Shown: piece after piece, positions 28,022 through 37,312 of the stretch
How the letters are laid out: the number at the start of each line of letters is the position of its first letter
Position numbering within the stretch: the stretch's first letter is position 1
From: Deltaproteobacteria bacterium
GTDB taxonomy: Bacteria; Myxococcota_A; Polyangia; JAAYKL01
Reading direction: 5' to 3'
Assembly (NCBI GenBank): GCA_016937015.1
Contig: JAFGWT010000062.1
Coordinates: 2,609 to 66,608, forward strand
Length of the DNA stretch: 64,000 nucleotides
Made by a program: the position numbers and the translations under genes
The notes under the pieces: model-generated
Told to the model about the DNA's origin: nothing
Seen by the model: the letters and a program-made list of their open reading frames with translations, nothing else
Databases searched by the model: none

Positions 28022-29978
28022 TTGCATTTTCCTTAAGACACGAAAAATATTGTCTATCTTCGGTAAGAATATGCTGCACCACCACCTCAACTGCCAAAAA
28101 GTCGACCAGCGTTTCAAATGGCAATTCTTTTCTGTTCGCGGCATTGCGTAACTGTGACGCCCGAATGAGCAGTCGCTGATGTCTCTCCGCATGCGCATCG
28201 CGCAATGGCCATTTCTGTTGTTCGAGAATCTGCTCTTCATGAGTGAAATGCTCTGAAATATCGTTAATTAATATTTCGAGTGCGCCAAAAAACTGAGCGG
28301 GTTGGTGCTCCTGTGTCATCGCGGCATTGATCACCTGATTGGCCAATTCAAACAGATTCCGATGCTCCGCATCGAGTACAGGGTCTCCACTCTCGAAAAT
28401 ACTGCGCCATGACAGAACAAGTGGTGAATCCTGTTCGGGTGACGCCCAGGAGACAACCCGCGAATCCTTATCGGGAAATGAGAGCATCTCGACCCTGTTG
28501 CGCCCTGCCCGCTTGGCCTGATACATTGTGTCATCACTGAGTCGCATGAGTTCATGCTCACTGTCAGCATGATCCGGAAAGAGCGCTACCCCAATACTGG
28601 CCGAAATCTGCAGGGGCCCGCAATTGGTGAAATGAAAAGGCTTTTGAACAGCGATACGAACCCGTTCGGCTATTACCATCGCATCCGCCGGGTCTGCCAA
28701 ATCCGGCAGCAGGATAACGAACTCGTCCCCCCCCATTCGCGCCGCGGTGTCGTAGGCCCTCAGAGTTTCAAGCAGTCTGTTGGCCACCTCAGACAAGAGT
28801 CTGTCGCCTATGTGATGGCCAAGTTCATCGTTTACCGGCTTGAAATCATCCAAATCAATAAACAGAAGTGCGATTCGTCGATGTCTGCGCCTGGCATGAC
28901 GTATCGCCTGTCGCAAACGGTCATAAAGAAGCCTGCGATTGGGAAGTCTGGTCAATCCATCGTAAAATGCGAGTCTTCTGAGCTCATCCTCCGCACGCTT
29001 TCTTTCCGTTATGTCGTGGGTAACCCCCAGCAACGCTGACGGATTGCCACTGTCGTCGGGATGTATCGATACCACCAACTCAACGTCCACCACGTGCCCA
29101 TCCTTATGCAACTGCTGAGTTTCAATCGACCGATACTCCTCTCTGTTCAGATTTCTATCCCAATTTTTCAGCGCATCTTCCAGCATTCCCTTCACTCGAT
29201 TTTTTTCACCATCTGTAAACGCTGCCCACGGAGACTGCGCCACCGCTTCGTCTGGTGACATCCCCCGCAATTTGGCAACTGCCGGACTCACATAGGTCAA
29301 ACGCTGACTCGGAATATCCATCATCCAAATCACATCATGATTATGCTCTGCAATAAAACGAAAGCGTTCTTCGCTCTCTCTAAGTTCCAACGTACGTTCA
29401 TCTACGATTTTTTCCAGATTCTCACGATACGCAGCCAGCTCTCCAGCTGCCCGTCGCTGTCGCGTCACATCGACCGTTGCGATAACATAGGACTGCGGAT
29501 TAACGCCCCGGCCATTTATCAGTTCCACATATAAATCAACCCAAACCAGCTTTTCATGATTCCCCCGACACGGCTCAATCAGCACATAGCGGTTATCGCG
29601 GCTGCCGGCAAAACAGTCTTCGCCAAAGAGTTTGTTGCGGGCGGTATCTGAAAAAAAAATGTCGCCAAAGTGAAAACCAGGCGCCATTACCGCTTCATGG
29701 GTGTACCCAAGCATCTGACAAAACGCTTCGTTCGCATGAAGCATGCGCCCTTTGCAATCCACATGGACAAGTCCCACCGCTGTGTTCTCAAAAACCGCCC
29801 GAAAGAGCTCCTCGCTGCCAGCGAGTCGCTGAGTGACCTTTCGGATGCTGAACATCAAAATTGTCAGCAGCCCAATAACAGCGATGGAAGCGACCAGCAG
29901 CACCAACTGAATTCGTCCCACAGTGGCAGTCTTCAACTCAAATATCTGATGGATTGCGAGAAGGCTCATGCATGTCAC
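28014..29978 (-). CDS. Membrane-anchored PAS/PAC - GGDEF diguanylate cyclase with C-terminal hemerythrin-like (HHE) domain
   Basis: N-terminal TM, two PAS-like segments, GGDEF ('RMGGDEFVILL'), and a C-terminal hemerythrin metal-binding pattern ('HFTHEEQIL...DAHAERHQRL'). Confidence 0.8.
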   Translation of the reverse strand: MTCMSLLAIHQIFELKTATVGRIQLVLLVASIAVIGLLTILMFSIRKVTQRLAGSEELFRAVFENTAVGLVHVDCKGRMLHANEAFCQMLGYTHEAVMAPGFHFGDIFFSDTARNKLFGEDCFAGSRDNRYVLIEPCRGNHEKLVWVDLYVELINGRGVNPQSYVIATVDVTRQRRAAGELAAYRENLEKIVDERTLELRESEERFRFIAEHNHDVIWMMDIPSQRLTYVSPAVAKLRGMSPDEAVAQSPWAAFTDGEKNRVKGMLEDALKNWDRNLNREEYRSIETQQLHKDGHVVDVELVVSIHPDDSGNPSALLGVTHDITERKRAEDELRRLAFYDGLTRLPNRRLLYDRLRQAIRHARRRHRRIALLFIDLDDFKPVNDELGHHIGDRLLSEVANRLLETLRAYDTAARMGGDEFVILLPDLADPADAMVIAERVRIAVQKPFHFTNCGPLQISASIGVALFPDHADSEHELMRLSDDTMYQAKRAGRNRVEMLSFPDKDSRVVSWASPEQDSPLVLSWRSIFESGDPVLDAEHRNLFELANQVINAAMTQEHQPAQFFGALEILINDISEHFTHEEQILEQQKWPLRDAHAERHQRLLIRASQLRNAANRKELPFETLVDFLAVEVVVQHILTEDRQYFSCLKENAIN

Positions 29979-30258
29979 TAAAAATTCTCATACAAAAGTG
30001 TGTGCCCAAATAACTGTGAGTCAATTAAAGGAAAATGATTTTCGCCGCTCTCGAGGGAATGAAAATCCTTCGGCAGTTCATTTGCAGCGAACTCGAAATG
30101 ATCTACATAAGATTAATCTTAAGCCTCAAAAAATTCAAAAATAGAATAACTTTACGTTGTCATTTTTCTTTCAGGTATCGGCAGATTATTTTCTTACCAA
30201 ATCAGACATTTTCGGATATGTTCCCGGCCAGTAACAACAATCTTTTTGGGAGGAAAGA

Positions 30259-30855
30259 ATGCGTAGTAGAATTACAGCAGCAATAACGATGTTTATCCTG
30301 TTTGCCAGCCATATCGCACTGGCAGAGGACGGCAGTGATAATTCGCAAAGCAATGTTGCCTATCCCCGGGCCGGCAATCTGGCCCTTGGATTTGAAATTA
30401 CTGACTTTCAGAATGATTATGGTCTGGGGCTGAACTTAACCACACCTTATTTTTTCAAAGATACTATGTCTGTTCGATTGCACGGTGGTATTGCGTGGTT
30501 TGAAGGCGTGGCCGCCGATGAGGCGCTCAACGATATGGACTCTCAGTGGATAAAATACTTTCCTGTTCGCCTGGGATGGGTTATCTCCGTGGGCCTTGGC
30601 AGCGGTCTGACCAGGCTGTATGCGGAAGCGGGCGGCCTCATTTATCTTGGGGCCAAAGACATTGCGAAAGACATTGTGGTTGGTGGATATGGACAATTTG
30701 GATTTGAATTTTTCCCGGCAATACTGTCTCCCGTATCATATTTCTTTCAGGCTGGCGGCATGGGTTCAAGCGGAAAAGGTACGGAAATCATGACTGAGCC
30801 AAGTGTTGGAAACGGTTTTATGATGGAAGTTGGTTTCAGATGGTACCCCAGATAA
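30259..30855 (+). CDS. Hypothetical secreted Gly-rich protein, possibly a small outer-membrane beta-barrel
   Basis: Signal peptide 'MFILFASHIALAEDG', alternating hydrophobic/Gly pattern, and aromatic C-terminus 'VGFRWYPR'. Confidence 0.45.
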   Translation: MRSRITAAITMFILFASHIALAEDGSDNSQSNVAYPRAGNLALGFEITDFQNDYGLGLNLTTPYFFKDTMSVRLHGGIAWFEGVAADEALNDMDSQWIKYFPVRLGWVISVGLGSGLTRLYAEAGGLIYLGAKDIAKDIVVGGYGQFGFEFFPAILSPVSYFFQAGGMGSSGKGTEIMTEPSVGNGFMMEVGFRWYPR

Positions 30856-30874
30856 CGAAGAAGGGTTTTTTGGA

Positions 30875-32557
30875 ATGACATCGTCTGCGGTTCTTGCAAT
30901 TGAAACTGCCAACCAAACAACACATATTACCCCACCGGGAAGTGGGCTGGTGATTGGCAGTGCCCATACCAGTGGCCTTCGCATTTCCGATAGCAGCATC
31001 CTGCCGGAGCATGCACGACTCTACAGGGATCCATTTGGCCGGTGGATTATCGAATCGGTACACAAGGAAGTGTTGATCAATGTCAATGGGAGACCCGGTG
31101 TTGCATTTTCAATTCAATCCGGCGACAGAATCCGTCTTGGAAAGAGTACACTTCGCCTGATAGACAACACAGATGCAAGCATTATCCCCAATGCGGTCAT
31201 ATCAACGCCGGTGAAAATAGACGAATCCAGCAGACCACAGAACCTCATGAACGAGGCTGAATGCTTTGTTGAATTTTCAAGAAACCGTCTTGAAGAACTT
31301 GATCGCATTGCGGATTGTCTCGCCAGGCTAACCGAAGCACAGGGACTCTATTCAACTGTTTGCGAACTCCTCAGCGAACCGCTCGACACGGTAACGCTTG
31401 TTGTTAAGGTCCCCAAAGACGAACACGTATCTGTAAAAAAATCAAGAGTACTGTGCCAGCGTGGAAAACTGATACACCCATATCATCACTCGTCTTCTCC
31501 AGCATTGCAAAGTATGCAGAATATCCATTTGTCCCGGACAGTATTGGAATCGGTGCGTAAAATCCGCAAGGCATTTATGGCCACTTCCATACTTGACGCA
31601 AACAGCGACAACGACGCGCGCCTGTCGTTTATTGATGATACCGCACCGCGAATGGTTCTTGCCGCACCGATTGCTGAAACATCCACGGGAATCGATATGC
31701 TATACATTGACCAACCGGCAATGGCCTTCAGAGGGGATGCGCTGGGATTCTTTGCAGTGGTTGCGCGCATGATCAGCTTAAGTCGAAAAAGTCTGATTAT
31801 GGCCGAATACAAAGCGGAGCGCACAGCACTGAACAATCAATTGAATACCGCTCTCGAAATACAATCAAATTTGATGCCGCAGAACCTCAACCTGTTTGAG
31901 GAAGTAGAAGTTGCTCTCTACTATAAACCCGCTGGTTGGGTCGGCGGTGATTATTGCGATTTGTACAAAACATCAGACAACAGACTGATGTTTGCCGTTG
32001 GTGACGTGTCTGGCAAGGGCATGCCAGCTGCAATGGTGATGGCAAACGTGCATTCCATGATTCGCTCCATGCTGCTCTTCAGTAACGAACCGACCACCAT
32101 CGTTGAAAAAATCAACACGATGCTCTGCGACACACTGCTTGATGGCATGTTCGTCACTCTTATACTCGGATTTATTGATCCCCGGACCGGTGATTTTGAA
32201 TACGTCAATGCGGGCCATGAGTTGCCGCTGAAAATAAGTGGCCACAATGATGTCGAAGTACTCGGCTGTCCAGTCAATATGCCCCTTGGTATTTCCCCCA
32301 ATACTTTTACAGCACAAACCGCGAAGCTCAGTGAGGGCGATGGTCTGTTTGTGTTCAGCGATGGCATCACGGACACATTCGCCCCCAATGAACAGCGATA
32401 CGGATACGACCGACTACTGGCCGCCATCAGCGCCGCAGCCCATCAGGATTGTCAGGCCATAATCAATCGCGTGGTCCATTCGATAACTCAATTTCGACAG
32501 AATCACCCGTTGGGAGATGATGCGACGGCGCTGATACTGAAACGACAAAAAAGCTGA
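30875..32557 (+). CDS. FHA-domain-containing PP2C/SpoIIE-family serine/threonine phosphatase
   Basis: FHA N-terminus ('LVIGSAHTSGLRISDSSILPEHARLYRDPFGRWIIES'), a GAF-like middle region, and a PP2C domain ('DLYKTSDNRLMFAVGDVSGKGMPAAMVMA', 'FVFSDGITD'). Confidence 0.8.
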   Translation: MTSSAVLAIETANQTTHITPPGSGLVIGSAHTSGLRISDSSILPEHARLYRDPFGRWIIESVHKEVLINVNGRPGVAFSIQSGDRIRLGKSTLRLIDNTDASIIPNAVISTPVKIDESSRPQNLMNEAECFVEFSRNRLEELDRIADCLARLTEAQGLYSTVCELLSEPLDTVTLVVKVPKDEHVSVKKSRVLCQRGKLIHPYHHSSSPALQSMQNIHLSRTVLESVRKIRKAFMATSILDANSDNDARLSFIDDTAPRMVLAAPIAETSTGIDMLYIDQPAMAFRGDALGFFAVVARMISLSRKSLIMAEYKAERTALNNQLNTALEIQSNLMPQNLNLFEEVEVALYYKPAGWVGGDYCDLYKTSDNRLMFAVGDVSGKGMPAAMVMANVHSMIRSMLLFSNEPTTIVEKINTMLCDTLLDGMFVTLILGFIDPRTGDFEYVNAGHELPLKISGHNDVEVLGCPVNMPLGISPNTFTAQTAKLSEGDGLFVFSDGITDTFAPNEQRYGYDRLLAAISAAAHQDCQAIINRVVHSITQFRQNHPLGDDATALILKRQKS

Positions 32558-32602
32558 GTTGATGGATGTGAGTGGTTGAAAAAGAGTGAGTGGGCAATAG
32601 CC

Positions 32603-33649
32603 TTATGCGCCATCAGACTCACGTTCTTCGAGGATACGAATCACCTTTTTTGTAATTTTATCCAGCGGCAGGACATGATCCACGCCGCCAAAATCGATGG
32701 CCACCTTCGGCATGCCAAAGACCACACAGCTTTCTTCATCCTGTGCAATATTTGTGGCACCCTCGTTTTTCATTTCAAGCATACCTCTGGCGCCATCGCC
32801 GCCCATACCGGTTAAAATGATGCCAATTGCATTTTTGCCAGCCGTTTTGCTGACAGAACGAAACATCACATCCACGGATGGTTTATGCTGATTTACCAAT
32901 GGTCCGTCCTTTACGTCCACATAGTACCTTGCGCCAGAACGTCGGAGGAGCAGATGTTTGCTTCCAGGGGCAATCAATCCAACCCCTGGTACTACGGAAT
33001 CCCCTGTAACTGCCTCCTTTACCTGCATTGCAGAAACGGAATTCAATCTTTCAGCAAAGGACTTTGTAAATCCTGGCGGCATATGCTGCGATACAATGAC
33101 ACCAGGGAAATTGGCGGGAAACGTTCTAAACAGATGATCCAGCGCAACGGTGCCACCGGTTGATGAACCAATCGCCACAACCTGATTGGTTGTGCGCGAC
33201 AACGCTTTTGCACTCAGAACATCTCCCTTGCCAGGATCGGGCAATTTTTTCTGACGAACAGAAACAGTGGCCGCGATTTTAATTTTTTCAATTAATTCAG
33301 TTGCCATATCGCCCACTGTGTATGCGGCGCCAGGTTTGGTCATCACATCAACCGCACCGTACGACAGTGCATCCAGCGCCAACTGCGATCCCTTATTTGT
33401 CAAAGAAGATACGACGATGACGGGCGTAGGCATAAAGCGCATTATTTTTGACAGAAAAGTCACCCCGTCCATACGCGGCATTTCCACGTCAAGGGTAATA
33501 ACATCCGGCTTTTCCCTCACAATAATATCGCGGGCTACATACGGATTCGGGGCCGCACCAATGATCTCAATTTCGGGATCCTTTGATAGCTCCTGAGTGA
33601 AAACACTGCGAACGACCGCAGAATCATCAACTATGAGTACTCGAATCAT
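32603..33649 (-). CDS. cheB: Chemotaxis response regulator protein-glutamate methylesterase
   Basis: Receiver domain ('IRVLIVDDSAVVR...DVEMPRMDG') plus a CheB methylesterase domain ('GSSTGG', 'GMGGDGARG'). Confidence 0.9.
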   Translation of the reverse strand: MIRVLIVDDSAVVRSVFTQELSKDPEIEIIGAAPNPYVARDIIVREKPDVITLDVEMPRMDGVTFLSKIMRFMPTPVIVVSSLTNKGSQLALDALSYGAVDVMTKPGAAYTVGDMATELIEKIKIAATVSVRQKKLPDPGKGDVLSAKALSRTTNQVVAIGSSTGGTVALDHLFRTFPANFPGVIVSQHMPPGFTKSFAERLNSVSAMQVKEAVTGDSVVPGVGLIAPGSKHLLLRRSGARYYVDVKDGPLVNQHKPSVDVMFRSVSKTAGKNAIGIILTGMGGDGARGMLEMKNEGATNIAQDEESCVVFGMPKVAIDFGGVDHVLPLDKITKKVIRILEERESDGA

Positions 33650-33674
33650 TTTTAGCCTGATTCAGTTTTCCATC

Positions 33675-34136
33675 TTAATTTCCGGAAACAAAAATGTCTA
33701 TTCTGTTCCCCTCTTCGTCTTCAAGGATGGCATTGCACCGTGACGAATTCAACGCAGCCATTTCTTCTGCGGCGGTCAGGCTAACAGTGGACGGAATCCC
33801 CAATCGGCAATGATTCTGTCCGCCCAACCAGCGCTCCAGGAACACGCCACATACAATATTAAGGATTTCAGAAACAGCTTCCACCGATTTCTCTTCAGCA
33901 TCCTCGTCGCTCGGTTCAATTCCAAGCAGATTGGCGGCAACGGTTTTGGCAGTAATTTTGTCAACAGCAAGCGAGAGGATGCCATCTTCCTGGCCGTTAT
34001 AGTGAATGGACGATTTGAGAATATCCGAATTGAATTGCAGCGATTCATCGGCTACCTCGGTGAAAATAAAAGCGGCATCCTCCAACACCTCTGACAATGT
34101 TTCAAACAGAAGTTCTGAATTCAAGTTAGATTCCAT
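33675..34136 (-). CDS. CheX/CheC-like chemotaxis phosphatase
   Basis: 153-aa acidic protein in the che operon, with a CheX-like 'ILNIVCGVF' segment. Confidence 0.5.
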   Translation of the reverse strand: MESNLNSELLFETLSEVLEDAAFIFTEVADESLQFNSDILKSSIHYNGQEDGILSLAVDKITAKTVAANLLGIEPSDEDAEEKSVEAVSEILNIVCGVFLERWLGGQNHCRLGIPSTVSLTAAEEMAALNSSRCNAILEDEEGNRIDIFVSGN

Positions 34137-34139
34137 ATT

Positions 34140-34523
34140 CTACTCCTGATTTCCGAGCAGTTTGTCCACTACGCTCTTCATTTTCTCGGGTTTAAACGGC
34201 TTGTTGATAAAACCGGATACACCAACAGAGCTTAACCACTTCAATACATCCTCATTGCGCTCAGATGAAATTACAACCACCGGAATGTTATCGATCATTT
34301 GATTGTCCACCATCTCCTGAATCATCTCGCGACCGTCCATTTCGGGCATATTTAAATCTGCAAACACCATATCCACCCAGTTGTCGTCCAAAACATCCAG
34401 AGCGGCACGTCCGTTCGAAGCTTCGAAAATATCCCCAATTTCAAGTCCGGACATTGTGAGACATTTGGCAACCACCGACCTGATAATCGGAGAATCATCA
34501 ACTACTAAAAAATTGTATGCCAT
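34140..34523 (-). CDS. cheY: Chemotaxis response regulator CheY
   Basis: Single receiver domain ('FLVVDDSPIIR...ADLNMPEMDG...GFINKPF') in the che operon. Confidence 0.85.
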   Translation of the reverse strand: MAYNFLVVDDSPIIRSVVAKCLTMSGLEIGDIFEASNGRAALDVLDDNWVDMVFADLNMPEMDGREMIQEMVDNQMIDNIPVVVISSERNEDVLKWLSSVGVSGFINKPFKPEKMKSVVDKLLGNQE

Positions 34524-34539
34524 TTAAAACTCCCCAGTT

Positions 34540-35385
34540 TTACTTAAACATTTCTCCCATTTCGCGAATCTGTTCTTCTGTATCACTGCCAACAGCTTCA
34601 ATGGAATGAACATTGAATCCCAGTCTGGACGCCACGCGAGGGTCCACTGCGCGCGCCAACTCTCCCACATCAGCCCCATAGCCAAACATATGTGCCATGC
34701 AGTCGGCCAGGTGAACCAAATCCACCAACGCGTTATCTACATTTTTCATTGTTTCTGGATTATGATGCCATCGAGCAGTCCAGATAACAGAGTCAGGCAA
34801 ATCCCACTGTTTCGCGATTTCCTCACCCACTTCACTATGGTCAGTCCCCAGCATCTCTTTTTCCGCTTCAGAAAATGACATTTCCTCTGCAGAAAGCTTA
34901 CTGAGTAATTCGCTTTGTTCATCTTCCAAAAACTGGCCAATCGCAAGCTTTCCCAAATCATGCAGTAACCCGGCTGTGAAAAGCAGTCCAGGTGCCTTGA
35001 TATGCAACTCGACGGCGAGACGTTCAGCCAACACCGCCACCGCGATACTATGCAGCCAAAACTGCGAAGACTCAATACGATAGCCCGGTATGTGTGATGG
35101 AATAACTCTGGAGAAAGCGGCACTGGCAGCAATCTCAAATACGCGCTTATTGCCGAGTAAGGTAATCGCCTGCCTGACAGAAGTCACTTCCCGACGTAAA
35201 CCAAAATACGCGGAATTGGCCAGACGTAACAGATTGGCGGTCAACGACGGATCTGGTTTGATTACCGCTTCGAAATCTCTTGCAGATGCAGATGGATCTG
35301 CAATCAGTTTTGAGAGTTGCGCGACAGCAGTTGGCAACGTTGGAAGACTCTCTATTTTTCTTAATACCTGTTCTTTCGAAATCAT
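34540..35385 (-). CDS. HDOD-domain signalling protein
   Basis: 'LPTLPTAVAQLSKLIADPSASARDFEAVIKPDPSLTANLLRLANSAYFG' plus an HD-like 'HDLGKLA'. Confidence 0.8.
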   Translation of the reverse strand: MISKEQVLRKIESLPTLPTAVAQLSKLIADPSASARDFEAVIKPDPSLTANLLRLANSAYFGLRREVTSVRQAITLLGNKRVFEIAASAAFSRVIPSHIPGYRIESSQFWLHSIAVAVLAERLAVELHIKAPGLLFTAGLLHDLGKLAIGQFLEDEQSELLSKLSAEEMSFSEAEKEMLGTDHSEVGEEIAKQWDLPDSVIWTARWHHNPETMKNVDNALVDLVHLADCMAHMFGYGADVGELARAVDPRVASRLGFNVHSIEAVGSDTEEQIREMGEMFK

Positions 35386-35906
35386 AGCACTTCCTCAACG
35401 CCTTTCACTTTTATCGTCACCCGCCCATCTGCAATACGCAATTTGGCTGTTCTTGATTTGGCGCCCCCGACGTCCTCCGCAGAAACAATAATATTGTTTT
35501 TCCAAAACATTTTACGCATGACTGTATAATTTCGCTTTCCAATATTAAACGTTCCCTTGTCATCGTACAATTGTCCCCCCCCCGCAACCTTCACAATAAT
35601 ATTTTCTTTTCTACAGCCGAGTTCATACATTTTTTCAAACAATTTCGGAATGCCGGTATCTGCGAACATTGCCGGATTGTTAGCCGCTTTCTCGGGAGAC
35701 TTATTCGATAGCGGCAGCATGTAATGAATCATACCCCCACAACGCTGCACTGGGTCGTACAATATCACTGCGATGCAGGATCCCAGAGCGTATGTTACCA
35801 ATGTGCTCCCAATATCATTTGATATCTTCATATCGGCGATATCAACAGTGATCAGTGTTTCCGCTTTGCCTTTTGCCATCATTTCAGGCGCCATTTGCAT
35901 CGTCAA
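35382..35906 (-). CDS. cheD: Chemoreceptor glutamine deamidase CheD
   Basis: 'ALGSCIAVILYDP...GGMIHYMLP' is the CheD signature. Confidence 0.85.
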   Translation of the reverse strand: MTMQMAPEMMAKGKAETLITVDIADMKISNDIGSTLVTYALGSCIAVILYDPVQRCGGMIHYMLPLSNKSPEKAANNPAMFADTGIPKLFEKMYELGCRKENIIVKVAGGGQLYDDKGTFNIGKRNYTVMRKMFWKNNIIVSAEDVGGAKSRTAKLRIADGRVTIKVKGVEEVL

Positions 35907-36793
35907 CTAACCTTTCTATAAACCGATGGTTTGACTGCCTTTAATCCGGTTGTCAGCCCAGCCAAAGTTTCGGAATGCCCGATTATGAGAAGCCCTTCCG
36001 GCTTAATCAGGCGCTCGACTTCACTAATCAATCGCTGCCTCACGACGCGGTCAAAATAAATCATCACATTGCGGCAAAAAACCACATCCAGAGGCCCTTT
36101 CATTGGATATGGCGGCGTAGCGAGATTAAGTCTTTTAAATATAAGCAGGTCTCTGATACCTGGCTTTGCCCGATACCATTTTTCATCGCCTTTATCCGTC
36201 TGCAACTGCTCGAAATAATTCATTCGCTGCTGACGAGAAAGCGCTTCAAGTGCTTTTTCAGGATACTCACCGGCAGAAGCGGTTTTAAGGACGGTAGTGT
36301 TTATATCTGTCGCAAGGATTCTGACGTCGGGCAAAGCAGCGCCGAATGTATCAGCAACTGTAATCGCCAGACTGTAGGGCTCCTCACCACTTGACGAAGC
36401 CGCGCACCAGATGCGAAACTTTTCACATCCATTTTTTTTCCAATGAATCAATTCACTCTCGAGTAATTCGAAATGACTCTTTTCACGCATAAAGTGCGTA
36501 AAATTCGTTGATATGGCATCCAGAAAGTGAATCAGTTCGTCGCCATTGTGTTCAGATTCGAGATACTGCAAATAGTCTCTCACGTTCGGTATGTTCAAGG
36601 CACGCTGCCGTTTTGCAACACGCGCGGAAACGAGTTCTTTTTTTTGCTCTCCCAGACTGATACCGGCTCTCTCGTATGCGATGTCCCGAAATCGATTAAA
36701 AATATTTTGTTGCATTTTCCAAAACCCGTCGTTGTTCAATAACTTTAACGACAGAAAGCCGATTTTGATTAAGAGTGGAAAAGATTCATTCAT
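35903..36793 (-). CDS. cheR: Chemotaxis protein methyltransferase CheR
   Basis: CheR N-terminal helical domain and SAM-dependent methyltransferase fold ('IWCAASSSGEEPYSLA'). Confidence 0.9.
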   Translation of the reverse strand: MNESFPLLIKIGFLSLKLLNNDGFWKMQQNIFNRFRDIAYERAGISLGEQKKELVSARVAKRQRALNIPNVRDYLQYLESEHNGDELIHFLDAISTNFTHFMREKSHFELLESELIHWKKNGCEKFRIWCAASSSGEEPYSLAITVADTFGAALPDVRILATDINTTVLKTASAGEYPEKALEALSRQQRMNYFEQLQTDKGDEKWYRAKPGIRDLLIFKRLNLATPPYPMKGPLDVVFCRNVMIYFDRVVRQRLISEVERLIKPEGLLIIGHSETLAGLTTGLKAVKPSVYRKVS

Positions 36794-36871
36794 GAACTTT
36801 TATTATTTAGTTTTATTATCAGGTGCCGTTTATGTAAAATGCCAGATGTAACATCAAACTGGGGGTATCCA

Positions 36872-37270
36872 ATGTCATTAGTACTGGTTGCAGAAGACGA
36901 TGTTGTATCGAGACTATTGATCTCGGAAACAATTAAAAAGCTTGGACATGTGCCAATAAAAGCCGGCAATGGTAAAACGGCCTTTGAGTTTCTGGAAGAA
37001 AATCCCGATGACATAAAGGTAATTGTGACCGATCTGATGATGCCGGAAATGGATGGGTATCAACTCATACAAAAAATAAACGGGGATTCCCGTTACAAAA
37101 ATATACCGATAATCGTTCAGTCCGCTTATCTTGGCGTGAAAGCAACTGCGCGATTAATGGAGGAAGGCATAGAGTACGTGATGCCCAAACCGATTAACAC
37201 CCAGGACCTTGAGCATTACCTGCGCATCCTCCTAAACGAAGATGGCAATGGCGTAAACAGCTCAAACTGA
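36872..37270 (+). CDS. Single-domain response regulator (CheY-like receiver)
   Basis: 'LVLVAEDDVVSR...VTDLMMPEMDGYQL...MPKPI'. Diverges from cheR and is adjacent to cheA. Confidence 0.8.
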   Translation: MSLVLVAEDDVVSRLLISETIKKLGHVPIKAGNGKTAFEFLEENPDDIKVIVTDLMMPEMDGYQLIQKINGDSRYKNIPIIVQSAYLGVKATARLMEEGIEYVMPKPINTQDLEHYLRILLNEDGNGVNSSN

Positions 37271-37312
37271 AAATCACCACTGCATTTATTTTTGAAATAA
37301 TTGCGAATCGCT

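Noticed and set aside
30035-30286. 83-aa plus-strand ORF upstream of the Gly-rich secreted protein
   Set aside because: No RBS, odd composition, and it overlaps the likely promoter region. Probably non-coding.
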